This document shows positions 12,830 through 24,185 of a stretch of 64,000 nt of DNA, piece by piece (position 1 is the stretch's first letter; every line of letters begins with the position of its first letter). Source of the stretch: the human T2T-CHM13v2.0 reference genome, Homo sapiens. The notes under the pieces were generated by a model. The model was not told where the DNA came from. It searched no databases and saw only the letters and a program-made list of their open reading frames with translations. The stretch lies in the NCBI RefSeq assembly GCF_009914755.1, contig NC_060938.1; one strand, given 5' to 3'. The translations under genes were made by a program, and so were the position numbers.

Positions 12830-13749
12830 CTTATGGTTTGGCTATCACGTGGAAATAATCTTGACTCTCAAGAAAAGATAAAAGTGTACATTAAAAATAC
12901 ATTGCACCTTATCTCACGGAAGCAGGTGAAGAGGCTTTCATTCCTTAAGCAGACTGACTCTACCTTTTGTTGCTCGTGTTTAATGGGGACTCAACACAAA
13001 TGTTAGCAACATGCGATCTGAGCATGCTGTTCTAGGAGCAGTGTCTGCCATCTGTTTGGGCTAAATGGAACTGGCCCAGCCCTTGCTTCCCTGCCCCTGA
13101 AACTTGACTATTGGAATTTAATTACATGGTTATATGATTAAATCCAGTAGATGGAAAGGTTAGAGCTAATGTCCCCAGAGGTGAAGCAGGCCCCAGGCCT
13201 CTGAAACAGCTGGCATCGGGGAAGCAAGCTCCTTCCTAGCACACAAAGGAAGGAGAAATAATAAACTCTTCTGAAGGTGATGCTGGTTTTATTTTATTAC
13301 CTGTAGTGTTATTGAGAAAGAATTTCAAGCTCACAAGTCCAGAAAGTGATTTGAAAGCCTTTATAGTTTTAAAGTCAAAATACCCAAACAACATTGTTTC
13401 TCCTGATTTCGCTCTCCGATCCTTTTTGCTCTATTTGAATAATTTTGAGAGCCTGGAAAATCTGGACATATTTTCTGAAGGTTAAGGAATTAGGAAAGCA
13501 AAAGAGAATCTGGGATTCATTTCCAATAGATGAGTTGTCTCTTTCTAATGTCCAACAACTTAATGTAGTGGTGGTGTCAGCATCAAGATAGATATTTCCT
13601 GATGGATTTTGACCTGGATAGTGAAATTCAGCATACTTTTAAGAAGCCCCATCAGAAGTCAGCAAATGAAGAGATACCAGTTTTGCAAACAATCTCCTGG
13701 ATTTTAGAAGGCAGTGCTGTCCTGGATTTTACAATACTGTGCTACACAG

Positions 13750-13940
13750 AGCATAGCAAGAGGTAATACAGTCCAGACTCAGAAGGCTAGGATTTGCATT
13801 AGAGAGCAAAGCCTAGCTCTACCACTTCCTGGTGTTAGCAAATTACTTGACCTCTCCTCAACTCAATTTTCTTATCTGTAAAATGGACTAATAATAATAT
13901 CTGCCTCACAGAATTGTTAATCAGGATTAAACTAGATAGT
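13750..13940 (+). mobile_element. MIR
   Basis: cctagctctaccacttcc..aaattacttgacctctc..ctcaattttcttatctgtaaaatgg core. Confidence 0.85.
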
Positions 13941-14007
13941 TACAGCCAGATGTGTATAATAGAGCATTTTTAAGTCTAAGTTCTTACTGCTGTTAAATCA
14001 GATGATG

Positions 14008-14311
14008 GGCTGGGCGTGGTGGCCTACGCCTGTAATCCCAGCACCTTGGGAGGCCGAGGCTGGCGGATCACCTGAGGTTGGGAGTTAGAGACCAGCTTGA
14101 CCAACATGGAGAAACCCTATCTCTACTAAAAATACAAAATTAGCCAGGCGTGGGTGGCGCATGCCTGTAATCCCAGCTACTTGGGAGGCTGAGGCGGGAG
14201 AATCGCTTGAACTCGGGAGGCATGAGGTTGCGGTGAGCTGAGATCATGCCATTGTACTCCAGCCTGGGCAATAAGAGCAAAACTCTGTCTCAAAAAAAAA
14301 AAAAAAAAAAA
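14008..14311 (+). mobile_element. AluSp-like
   Basis: Diagnostic gaccaacatggagaaaccc and gcggtgag. TSD aaatcagatgatg / aattcggatgatg. Confidence 0.92.
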
Positions 14312-14487
14312 TTCGGATGATGGGAACTTTGATTTTTTTCTCCTGATTCTTCATATAGTTGCAAAATATTCCTTTCTTAGAGGTCTATGAAGTACTTCTA
14401 TGGCTCTTTGACAAATTCTCCTCTACATGAACAGAGTATGTTGTGAGAATTCAAATTATCACGTGGATTTATGGCAGTGTCATATGA

Positions 14488-14957
<470 letters not shown>

Positions 14958-15194
14958 AGTTTGGCTTTCTTGAATTCCAAGGCATTGGACACTTGTTACT
15001 TTTGTTTACAAAAAGCTTATTCACAAAGGATGGGGCAATTTACTGCTTGCACCTGGGAAGCTGTGTCTTTGCCAAAGCAACAGTAACTTGCTGAGATTTA
15101 GGCCAAGGGGGAGGTGTGACATGCATATTAACTCCTTCTGTGACTACTGAGATAAAAGGGAAAATAACCTTTAAATGCAGAATGACACAGTCAT

Positions 15195-15490
15195 GGCCAG
15201 GCACCCTGGCTCACGCCTGTAATCCCAGCGCTTTGGGATGCCTAGGCCGGCGGATCACCTGAGGTCAGAAGTTCGAGACAAGGCTGGCCAACATGGTGAA
15301 ACCCTGTCTCTACTGAAAATACAAAATTAGCCGGGCCTGGTGGTGCATGCCTGTAATCCCATCTACTTGGGAGGCTGAGGTGGGAGAATCGCTTGAACCG
15401 GGGAGGTGGAGGTTTCAGTAAGCCGAGATAGTGCCACTGCACTCCAGCCTGGGCAATGCAGTGAGATTCTGTCTCAAAAAAAAAAAAAAA
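15195..15490 (+). mobile_element. AluSx-like
   Basis: Full length. Perfect TSD agaatgacacagtcat (15179-15194 / 15490-15505). Confidence 0.95.
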
Positions 15491-15744
15491 GAATGACACA
15501 GTCATTGCAGGCATGGATGAATATTTTCTAAGAGTGAGCATGGTGAATCACAAATATCAATTCATTTACTCATCTGTTCTATGGGTCTTGTTCCTGCAAT
15601 GATAATAAAATTTGCCTGCATTTCCACAGCTAGGAAAGAGTGATGCCTGACTTGAACTCAGCCCTTTGCAATCTCAAAGCCTTCATTTTTTACCATGATG
15701 TTATATTGTACCGTGCAAAGCAATACAAGTATCATAATCATAAT

Positions 15745-15930
15745 TACACCAGTATTTATGGACCTCTTTTTGTGGGCTGTGCTCTTCCAAAGCACTGTAA
15801 AATGCTTTCTATGCATCCTCATATCAAAAGCACAGTGAGGTGAATGTGATATTAGCTCTACTTTACAGAGGAAGAAACTGGGTTGAACTTAGGTCCTGTG
15901 AGTCAAAGCCCAAATGCTTGTTAGCCACAT
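15745..15930 (-). mobile_element. MIR
   Basis: ctactttacagaggaagaaactg core. Confidence 0.65.
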
Positions 15931-17284
15931 CATGTTAGAGGATATAAGATCATGCTTCTGACTTGCTAAGTGCATACGTAAAGCATTAAGAAGTGATATA
16001 AAATGGTGGCAAGGATTTGGGTGAAAGGATCTGGAAACCCATATTGTAGGCTGATCTACGACAACTCAGTGTGTCAACTTAGATAAACCCATTAAGACAT
16101 TCTAGAAAATAAAGGAAATCAATTGATGATCATTACACATCCTGGCAGATGAGCGTTCTGAATGTTACTAACGAATTATTGCCACATATCTGATTAAGGC
16201 GATCACAAAAAGAGAGATCTCCCTCTGAAAATTATTGACTACATCTGGTGTTGCCACTTCATCAGTTTTCTTTTACCTTTTAATGCCTTTTTACAGTACA
16301 TTGTTTTTATCTGAAGCACTTCACGGAGCTACCTTAATAATGGTCTCCAATGACTTTCTATTTTATTTATTTATTTTTGCTATTGTGTCAGTTAAAGGAT
16401 TTATTTCTTGTGCCATGAAATGTGATGAAGATTCTGATGAAATCTATGGGATCTTTCCTTAGAACATTACACTAATGCATAAAAACACATCTCTATATAT
16501 GTCTTGGGTGGCATCCAGTGCCAAATACCTCGTGGGGCTCAAGAAGAATGGGCCTGAGTAAAGTCTTTTGAATTTGAGAATTTGAAAGATTTCATAAATT
16601 TCAACTGCTAAAAGTTTGAGAAAAGTCAGTTAAAAAGTGATTATAGAAGGAGGAATATGAAACAATGTCTTAGATATTTGTGGGATTCAAAAATAGAATT
16701 ATATAAACAACATTAATCCTGGGGAATGTTAGAGACAATCTTATTCAAAGTCCTTATTTTATAAATTAGACACATTATCTACAAAAATAGAAAATTGACT
16801 TTGATATTGTGAAATTACTTAATGGATTTCTCTCTACTTTTCACTTGGCCCTCCAACTCCCAACATAAAATCATGAGTAGAGGCAATTATAACAGCATAT
16901 GAACCCCATATATGTTATAAATTTCTTTTTAAAAAAATATGTAGAGAGAGTTTTCATTCCCTTCAAATTTCAGTTGGGGCACAGCACCATTATGGCCCAA
17001 AGAAGAGAGTCTTGCAACCTGTTTTGGCTTGAATTTCTCTCTATAAGTTTGTAGGGATAATAGAAGAACAGAGGGCTAAGTGAAATCTTGCTCTGTAAGT
17101 AGGAGAAAGATGAGGAGATGAACAGAGTGATAACTATAGCTTGGGTGACAAATACAAGCTTACTACTGCTCATTTCTTCCCAATGGAATCAAATACTTCC
17201 TGTTACTATTTTTCCTGATACTTCCTGTTACTATTTTTCTACCCATAGCAGGGGTTGGCGGTATCAAGTAGACCCATGTGTTTG

Positions 17285-17435
17285 TTGTTCTAACCACTGA
17301 ATGACTGACTACGGGCACGTTGTTTAATGACTCTGAATGCCATTTCCTCATCATTTGCAACTTTATTGGTAGGTTAAAAAAAATCTGCAGAGATCTCAGT
17401 ATACCTAGCACATAGCAGGTATTTCACAATGATAA
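17285..17435 (+). mobile_element. MIR fragment
   Basis: gggcacgttgtttaatgactctgaatgccatttcctcatc...cctagcacatagcagg. Confidence 0.55.
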
Positions 17436-17859
17436 TTTTTACTATAATTATGTAGCCAAACATTCAAATTAGAAAAATCTCTGCTAGTCATATAGTACTT
17501 GTTCAAAGCACACACATGCAAGGTTACTATGTAAGTTCATAATAAGCATCGCATTTTCAAACTTGAAAAACTAATGAAACACATTTTCATTAGTTTTTCT
17601 AGGTGTCTTCTGCTAATGCCATCAGAAGCTCAAGATAATGGTTGGCCCCATCAGAGCCAAAGTGAACATACTCTAGTATTTAAGTTCCAACTATTATTTA
17701 AAAATCACATGTGTATGTATAGTATTGGTGCTGTTTCTGTGGAGAATCTGTTTCTGTTTTCATATGTGTATTATATAATACTATTTAGATATCTATCATA
17801 TATTATTAATATAGGATCTGTTATATATTATTAATATAGAATCTGTTTCTGTTTTCATA

Positions 17860-18205
17860 TATATTATATAGTATAATACATAACATATAATGTATTATTT
17901 TATATATTATATAGTATAATACATAACATATAATATATTATTTTATATATTATATAGTATAATACATAACATATAATGTATTATTTTATATATTATATAG
18001 TATAACACATAACATATAATGTATTATTTTATATATTATATAGTATAAATACATAACATATAATGTATTATTTTATATATTATATAGTCTAATACATAAC
18101 ATATAATGTATTATTTTATATATTATATAGTATAATACATATATATTATGTATTATTTCATATATTATATAGTATAACAATATATAATGTATTATTTCAT
18201 ATATA
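17860..18205. repeat. 43-bp AT-rich minisatellite, about 8 copies
   Basis: Unit TATATTATATAGTATAATACATAACATATAATGTATTATTTTA. The marker G falls at 17871, 17914, 17957, 18000, 18043, 18087, 18130 and 18172. Confidence 0.95.
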
Positions 18206-18309
18206 ATATATTATTATATGTATTTTATACTATTTGTTTCAATATTATATATTTATATTATGACATATTTGTATTTATAATATCTATTTATATTACATGG
18301 GCTAAATAA

Positions 18310-18797
18310 TATTATAGAGATTTATTATAAGGGATTTGCTCATATGATTATGGAGGCTGAGATGCCCCAAGACGTTCAGTCAGCAAGCTGGAGACCCAGA
18401 TGAACCAATGGTCTGCTTCTAGTCTGAGCTGGATGCCTGAGAACCAGGATAGCTGATGGTGTAAGTCCTCATCTGAAAGCCAGCAGTCTTGAGACTCAAA
18501 AAGAACTGACGTTTTAGTTTGACCCTGAAGGTCAGTAAAGACCAATGGCTCAGCTCAAGCAGTCAGGCAGGAACAATTTTCTCTTACTCAGCTTTTTTTG
18601 CTCTATGTAGGCATTCAGCTGATTGGATGACTCCCACTGACATTAGGGGGGCAATTTGCTTTACTCAGTTTACCAGTTCAAATGTTATTCTTTTATCCAG
18701 AAACACCTCACAGACACATCCAAGACAATATGAGTAATATTTAGCTAAATGTCCTGGCATCTGGTAGCCCAGTAAAGTTGACATGTAAACCATCATA
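18310..18797 (-). mobile_element. MLT2 (ERVL) solo LTR
   Basis: gagatttattataagggatttgctcatatgattatggaggctgag...ccagaaacacctcacagacacatcc...aagttgacatgtaaaccatca. Confidence 0.9.
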
Positions 18798-19439
18798 CCA
18801 TGAAATTGTAGCTGCTCAGGATTTGAGAAAGACAGAATTTGCCTGACTGTGCATGAATTAAGCATTCTGTGTGACTTATTTTTCACGATAAGAAACCTTC
18901 TCCGAGGAGAGACAGAGCAAAGTGGCAGAGGCTATTTATACAATTCAGAGCCAACCAAACAGGGAAGAAAGACTCACTTGTGACTGTGAATTTAGATATA
19001 GCCTACTGAGCTTTGCTTGTGTCGTAAACCTGATGACTGCAGTCAAAAAGGTCAAATTCCCTTGTCCAACTCATCAGAGTTATGACAGTAAACATTCATC
19101 TTAAAATTTTGCTTTGCCTTTCTTGAATAAGGATATGGGATCAAGTCTCATAGACATAGAGTAGAACTTGGGCATGGGGGATGTGAAACCCTATCGACTT
19201 CAGGCTGGAAGTTGCTCTGATTCTTCCAGGATTCCCATATGTCATTCCCCACCTGTGCCTTCAACTGACCTTAAAAGGGCTGTGTCAGTCATTTTGAAAC
19301 TGGACTATTCTCATGAAGAAGTACACAGTACTGTTGTTTCCGTGATCCAGCCAATTCTTAGCATGTTTTCTGAGCATGACAGGGAACAGATGTCAACACC
19401 TAACAGAGATGTTTCTCTTTGTTTAATCTGAAAAACTGA

Positions 19440-20480
19440 CTACTGGATCAGTCCCACCAAATCTACTTTAAATGGTTACCAAATCATAATAAATTTAATT
19501 TAGAAAGAGCTTGGAATGCAATTTAATGAACACCCTTGATGTAAGGGTTTGTAGCTTATATCCTGTCACAATTAATATGCAATAAACCTGCTTTCCTCCG
19601 TTATTTCCTTATAGAACCTTTACTTAAAAAACTAGAGATTTTTTGTTTTCTTTTTATTTTCTTGGTAGTGTGAAGAGTTATATATCCAAGATACCAAGAC
19701 TGCAGCTCTGGTTTGTCATCTGGTGATGGTATCATGTCTCATTTTTAAAAGACAAAATTGTACCAGAGCCCATAGGCCATAGAAATGTAAAAACTACCAA
19801 AAAGTAAGACCCTTCTGATAGTTTGGAAAAGCTCTCTGAAAATCCCGTGGACGTAACAAAAGAGCGGGAGAGGGAGAAGAGAGAGAGAAAGAGAAAAAGT
19901 AATTGCAGTATTCATTTCCCCTAAACCGATGTAGCAATCAACTTTGCAATTACCAAGATCCATTTCACTGGACTTTATAACTGGAAATGAAATGAGTGAG
20001 AAATGAGGATCTCTAATGAAGGCTCAGATCCTCACCCATTGCATTATTATCACATTCCACCAGTTTCAACATTCACTCGCCAGCTTTGTAATTTGTAGCT
20101 TATTTTCTCACACCTCGCCAAGCGATTCACATTCATTTACATTACTGCCATTTAACTTGCAGACAAGAAGAAATACGGTTTCAGATCTGATGGGCTCGGC
20201 ATTTTTTGTGTGTGTGTGTCTAGTTGAGTTTGTTTTCCTGCCTAAAACAAATGTCTCTGGAGCTTCGTTTAATTTAGCATGTCAAACTGCTTCCTTCAAA
20301 GGCGATTTGGAAATGCTTTGTATATACAATAGACGCAAAAAGCCCGAACAAACAGAGTAGAAAACAATGCTTAGAGGAGGAACAATGAAAACACAAGCAG
20401 GGCTGCCTATCTATCAGCTCCAATGAGATTTCCCCTGTTGTTAAATGAACTACTGTATTCCTGAATTAAAATAAACTGAA
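19440..20480. promoter_or_regulatory. Candidate conserved non-coding enhancer block
   Basis: No recognisable repeat. About a dozen CpGs in 19840-20350. Paired SOX motifs AACAATG (20363, 20381), TCF-type CTTCAAAG (20294) and many TAAT cores. Confidence 0.45.
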
Positions 20481-20649
20481 GAGAGGGCACAAGGTATTTC
20501 AGAATAATGAGCTATAAAAGACATTTCTCATTTAGCATTTCTTGTTCTTTTATATTGTTTTTAACCATAACTTCATAGTGGCAACTATTTGTCTGGAAGC
20601 TGAAAGATACATATTTTCCAGAAGTCTCTGGCTATAGAACCTCTCATTG

Positions 20650-20780
20650 TTTATAAATTCTTGATACTACACCCTTATCAGATATATTATGATTTCTCCC
20701 ATTCTGCAGGTTGCCTTTTCACTCCCTTGATAATGCCCTTAGATGCACAAATATTTTTAAAATTTTGATGCTGTCCTGTC
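20650..20780 (-). mobile_element. L1M fragment
   Basis: cccttatcagatata...ttctcccattctgcaggttgccttttcactc..ttgat. Confidence 0.75.
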
Positions 20781-21269
20781 TTTTTTTTCTTTCCTTCTTC
20801 TTCTTCTTTTTTTTTTTTTGTTGTTGTTGTTGCTCTTCCAATGTTTATACAACATGATGAGCAGGTCTCCCATAGACACCAAGATATTTAATAAATATTC
20901 TCTAAAAATGGAGTCTGCATGGACTTCCCAAAAAGGAATGGCATTTAATATTGAAGTCCTGTGAATACAGATTGACTATTTCTCATATCCAATTGAAACA
21001 TTTGAAAAGCTATTAAAATGAAACACTTTTGTAATTGATTTGAAAGGAAATCCTGTCTTAAATGTTCGTGAAGCTACACATTGTCTTTATTTATCACACT
21101 TAGTAGAAATATTTGTCTATTTTACTCCAGAAATATTAATGTGTTTCATTATGAGTTGCTATCCCATACCCAACTGAATCTAATAATTGCCATATGTACT
21201 AAATCACTTTCTGAAATCCAAACATTCTGAATTTTGAAGACAGGGACTCTGAAAATACTGTGAAACTGC

Positions 21270-21490
21270 AATGACAATAGCAGCTAACGATGATGTAATG
21301 CCATTTTCGTTTCCAAAAGGCTTTCCTGTACATGATCTCACTTGAGCCTCACCAAAAATTCTGTAGTGGGTATTATCCTTATTTCACCAGTAAGAACACT
21401 GAGTTTTAAAGAGGTTAAGTGACTTTTCCAAAAGGAATGAAGTGTTAGAACTGAGAGGTTAGATCTCATGTCTTCTAGCTCCAAATCCTA
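21270..21490 (-). mobile_element. MIR
   Basis: atctcacttgagcctcac...tattatccttatttcac..actgag..agaggttaagtgactt. Confidence 0.8.
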
Positions 21491-21984
21491 GTGGATAGCA
21501 CAGTGTTTATTTGCTAAACACACATAACAAATTTTATGAAATAACACCCATGCAAAGTTTAACCAAAACAGTATCTCTGTGATACCAGAAAAATTAGGCA
21601 ATTCATTGAGAGAGAGAAAGAGAAAGAGAGAGAAATAGATTTAGTCAGCTGTTCCCACAGCTACAGAACCAATCTTTCATATAAATCCACTTTCTCTGGC
21701 ATTTGAGGAGGATCCAGGATCCAGGGAGTTCCTGTGCATAAGGAATGTACTATGCATAAGAGTATCAATTACCAGCTAAAATTTTTTTTTTTCAGGAAAT
21801 AATTCTGTAAAGCCAGACTGCTGAAACTAATCTTGTCATATTAAGGTAGGTAGGCAAAGCAATGTTTAAAAAATTTCCCAACTTATATTAGTTATAGGGT
21901 GTCAAGATAGTAATTCTTACAAAGAAAACCAAGCTTTTTTCCTTCTGTGGGTCTTATAATTTTATTATTTGTAGAGGCCCTACC

Positions 21985-22270
21985 ACCCCGACATAGGCTC
22001 ATTTCTTCTCTCCCTTCGGGCTGTTATGCCAGGACAGGAAGCATTTTGTGACGCGCAGGATAGATTTCCAGAACTCCCCGATGCTTCTAAATCTCCTATT
22101 TTGGCTGGGGTAAATTACCCAGCACAATTTGTAATATCAGACAGCAGTGTGAGGAGAGGCTAAATGTCGGGGCCGGGGAAGCAGAATGATGAGGGACAAA
22201 TGTGATTGCCGAAAGCAGGGCTGAAGATGATCTCATTAATCTTTCATTATTCGGGCACTGGTTTCCAAGA
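21985..22270. promoter_or_regulatory. Candidate regulatory element, CpG-retaining
   Basis: About 9 CpGs in 280 bp of unique sequence, with a central palindrome GGGTAAATTACCC. Confidence 0.4.
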
Positions 22271-22774
22271 CAGACAACAGGGACACAAATAGAAGAGGTA
22301 TGCTCTGGACGACTTATGGGACCAAACATTCCCACACTGACCTAACTGGAGTGCCACATGGCTCTGCTAATACTAGTATTTAAAGGATTCTGATGTGCTT
22401 GATGTTGCCTCAAAGATCTCATTATGTGAGTACAAGTGAGCATTTCTTAAATCTCCATGGAAAATACTCTTAGTTCATGGGTCATCAGTGAGTTTGGGGA
22501 TTTTTATTTTTAAAACAAATCAACACTGTTTCAGATCATGACAAATAAGAGTAACTTGTGGGAGCATGGTATTTCCTATTATTTTTTTCTGCCGGTTACT
22601 AAATCTATACCCCAAGGGTTCAATGCCAGAATTCCTTTTCACAGCCCATCTGCATCGGAATAAACAATTTCCCATGAAATCAGCTTAGGTCACAATCGAA
22701 TTTTTATCGTTTTACTTATCTTTTGTGACTGTTTCTGAAAATAATCCATTCTAATCCTGGATTTACAGAAGAAA

Positions 22775-23075
22775 TTATTTATTTACATATTTATTAAGAT
22801 GGTGCAATGGAATAGGCATTGAGGTAGAGTAGTTAACGTCTAGCGGGAAAATATAATCAATAGAAAAGTACAGTACAATGTGATTATGCCTATGGTTGAC
22901 AAATGAAGACAGATGAAACTATGGCGTCATAGGAGAATGCATGCTAGGGGAGTGATGGAAGGCTTCTTGGAGGAGGTGTTGCTGAGATTGATTCCTGACA
23001 GAGTAGGAGTTTTCCATATGCATAATTCAGGGAAAGCTTTTTCTAGGAGAAGAAATATCATACAAATGGCACATA
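22775..23075 (-). mobile_element. L2
   Basis: ggaaggcttcttggaggaggtg..gctgag..cctga motif. Confidence 0.75.
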
Positions 23076-23689
23076 TACACGGAGTATTCTCATAGATAGA
23101 ATATTTCATCCTGAATCCACTAAAACATGTATGGTAGTTTTCATGTTCTGTCATAGTTAAAGGTATATAAAGTAGATTCCCATATTAAACTTATTTGAGT
23201 GCATAAATGACACAAGAATCAGATTTTCTGTTGTGAGAATTGTGTGATTATTCATTTAGAATATCATATGATAATATCTCATATTACATTCTAATATGTA
23301 TATATTTATTTTAATTGGCTCCTCTGCATGCTACAATACACTGAAAACATCTATTCATAACAATGTCAATAAATTAAATTATAGAATTCTGAAGTGCCTT
23401 CTGATGTACAGGGAATAATTTAAATTACGCCATTGTGGCTTTACTGTTGTAAATTTTCCAATACTTTTCCATCGTTTTTTCTTTAAAAAGATTCTAGGTT
23501 TTGACAGAATTTATGTGTTTCAAAAAGACAAAGACCATGTCTTCTCAAACTTGACTCTGTATTTAGTGCTGTAATCTTCTGTTTATCCAGATTAAACCAC
23601 AAAAATTATTTTCCAACTCTGCTGGGGAATCTAGTTTTATATAATCAGTTGTGGCCATTAACTTCATTAAACTTAACACAAATTTAAAC

Positions 23690-24185
23690 TCCCATTTTGA
23701 AATAATTTTTGTTTGCAAAAACAGTACAAAGAATTCCCATATACCTTCTCCACAGCTTTCCAAAATGGTGAAATCTTTACATAACTACAGTTATGATGAT
23801 CCAAACTGGGAAATTAACAATGATTCAATACTATTAAGTAATCAACAGAGCTGTGAAAATTTCACCAATTGTCCACAAATGTTGTTTGTTTCTGGTCCAG
23901 AATTCAATCCATAATCCATTGCATTTAGTCATCATCCTTAGTCTCCTCTAAGATGGGATGGTCCTTTGTCTTTCATGACCTTATCCTTTTGAAGAGGCTA
24001 GACAGTTACTTTGTAGAATGACCTTATTGTATGTTTGTCTGATGCTTCCTCGTAAATAAATTCAGGTTTGCATTTTTGGCAAGAGGACCACAGAGGTGTT
24101 ATTTCCTTCTCAATGCATCGTATCTGGAAGCACGTGGTGTTGCTATGTCTCATTACTGGCCTTGTTAACCTTGATCACCTTGAAG
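23690..24185 (-). mobile_element. L1MC4/5-like 3' end
   Basis: ttgcaaaaacagtacaaagaattcccatatacc...ctttcatgacctt...tttgtagaatg...tttttggcaaga...cttgatcac. Confidence 0.85.

Noticed and set aside
17860-18205. Regularly spaced repeats that superficially resemble a CRISPR array
   Set aside because: The 43-bp units are head-to-tail with no unique spacers, there are no cas genes, and the DNA is eukaryotic.
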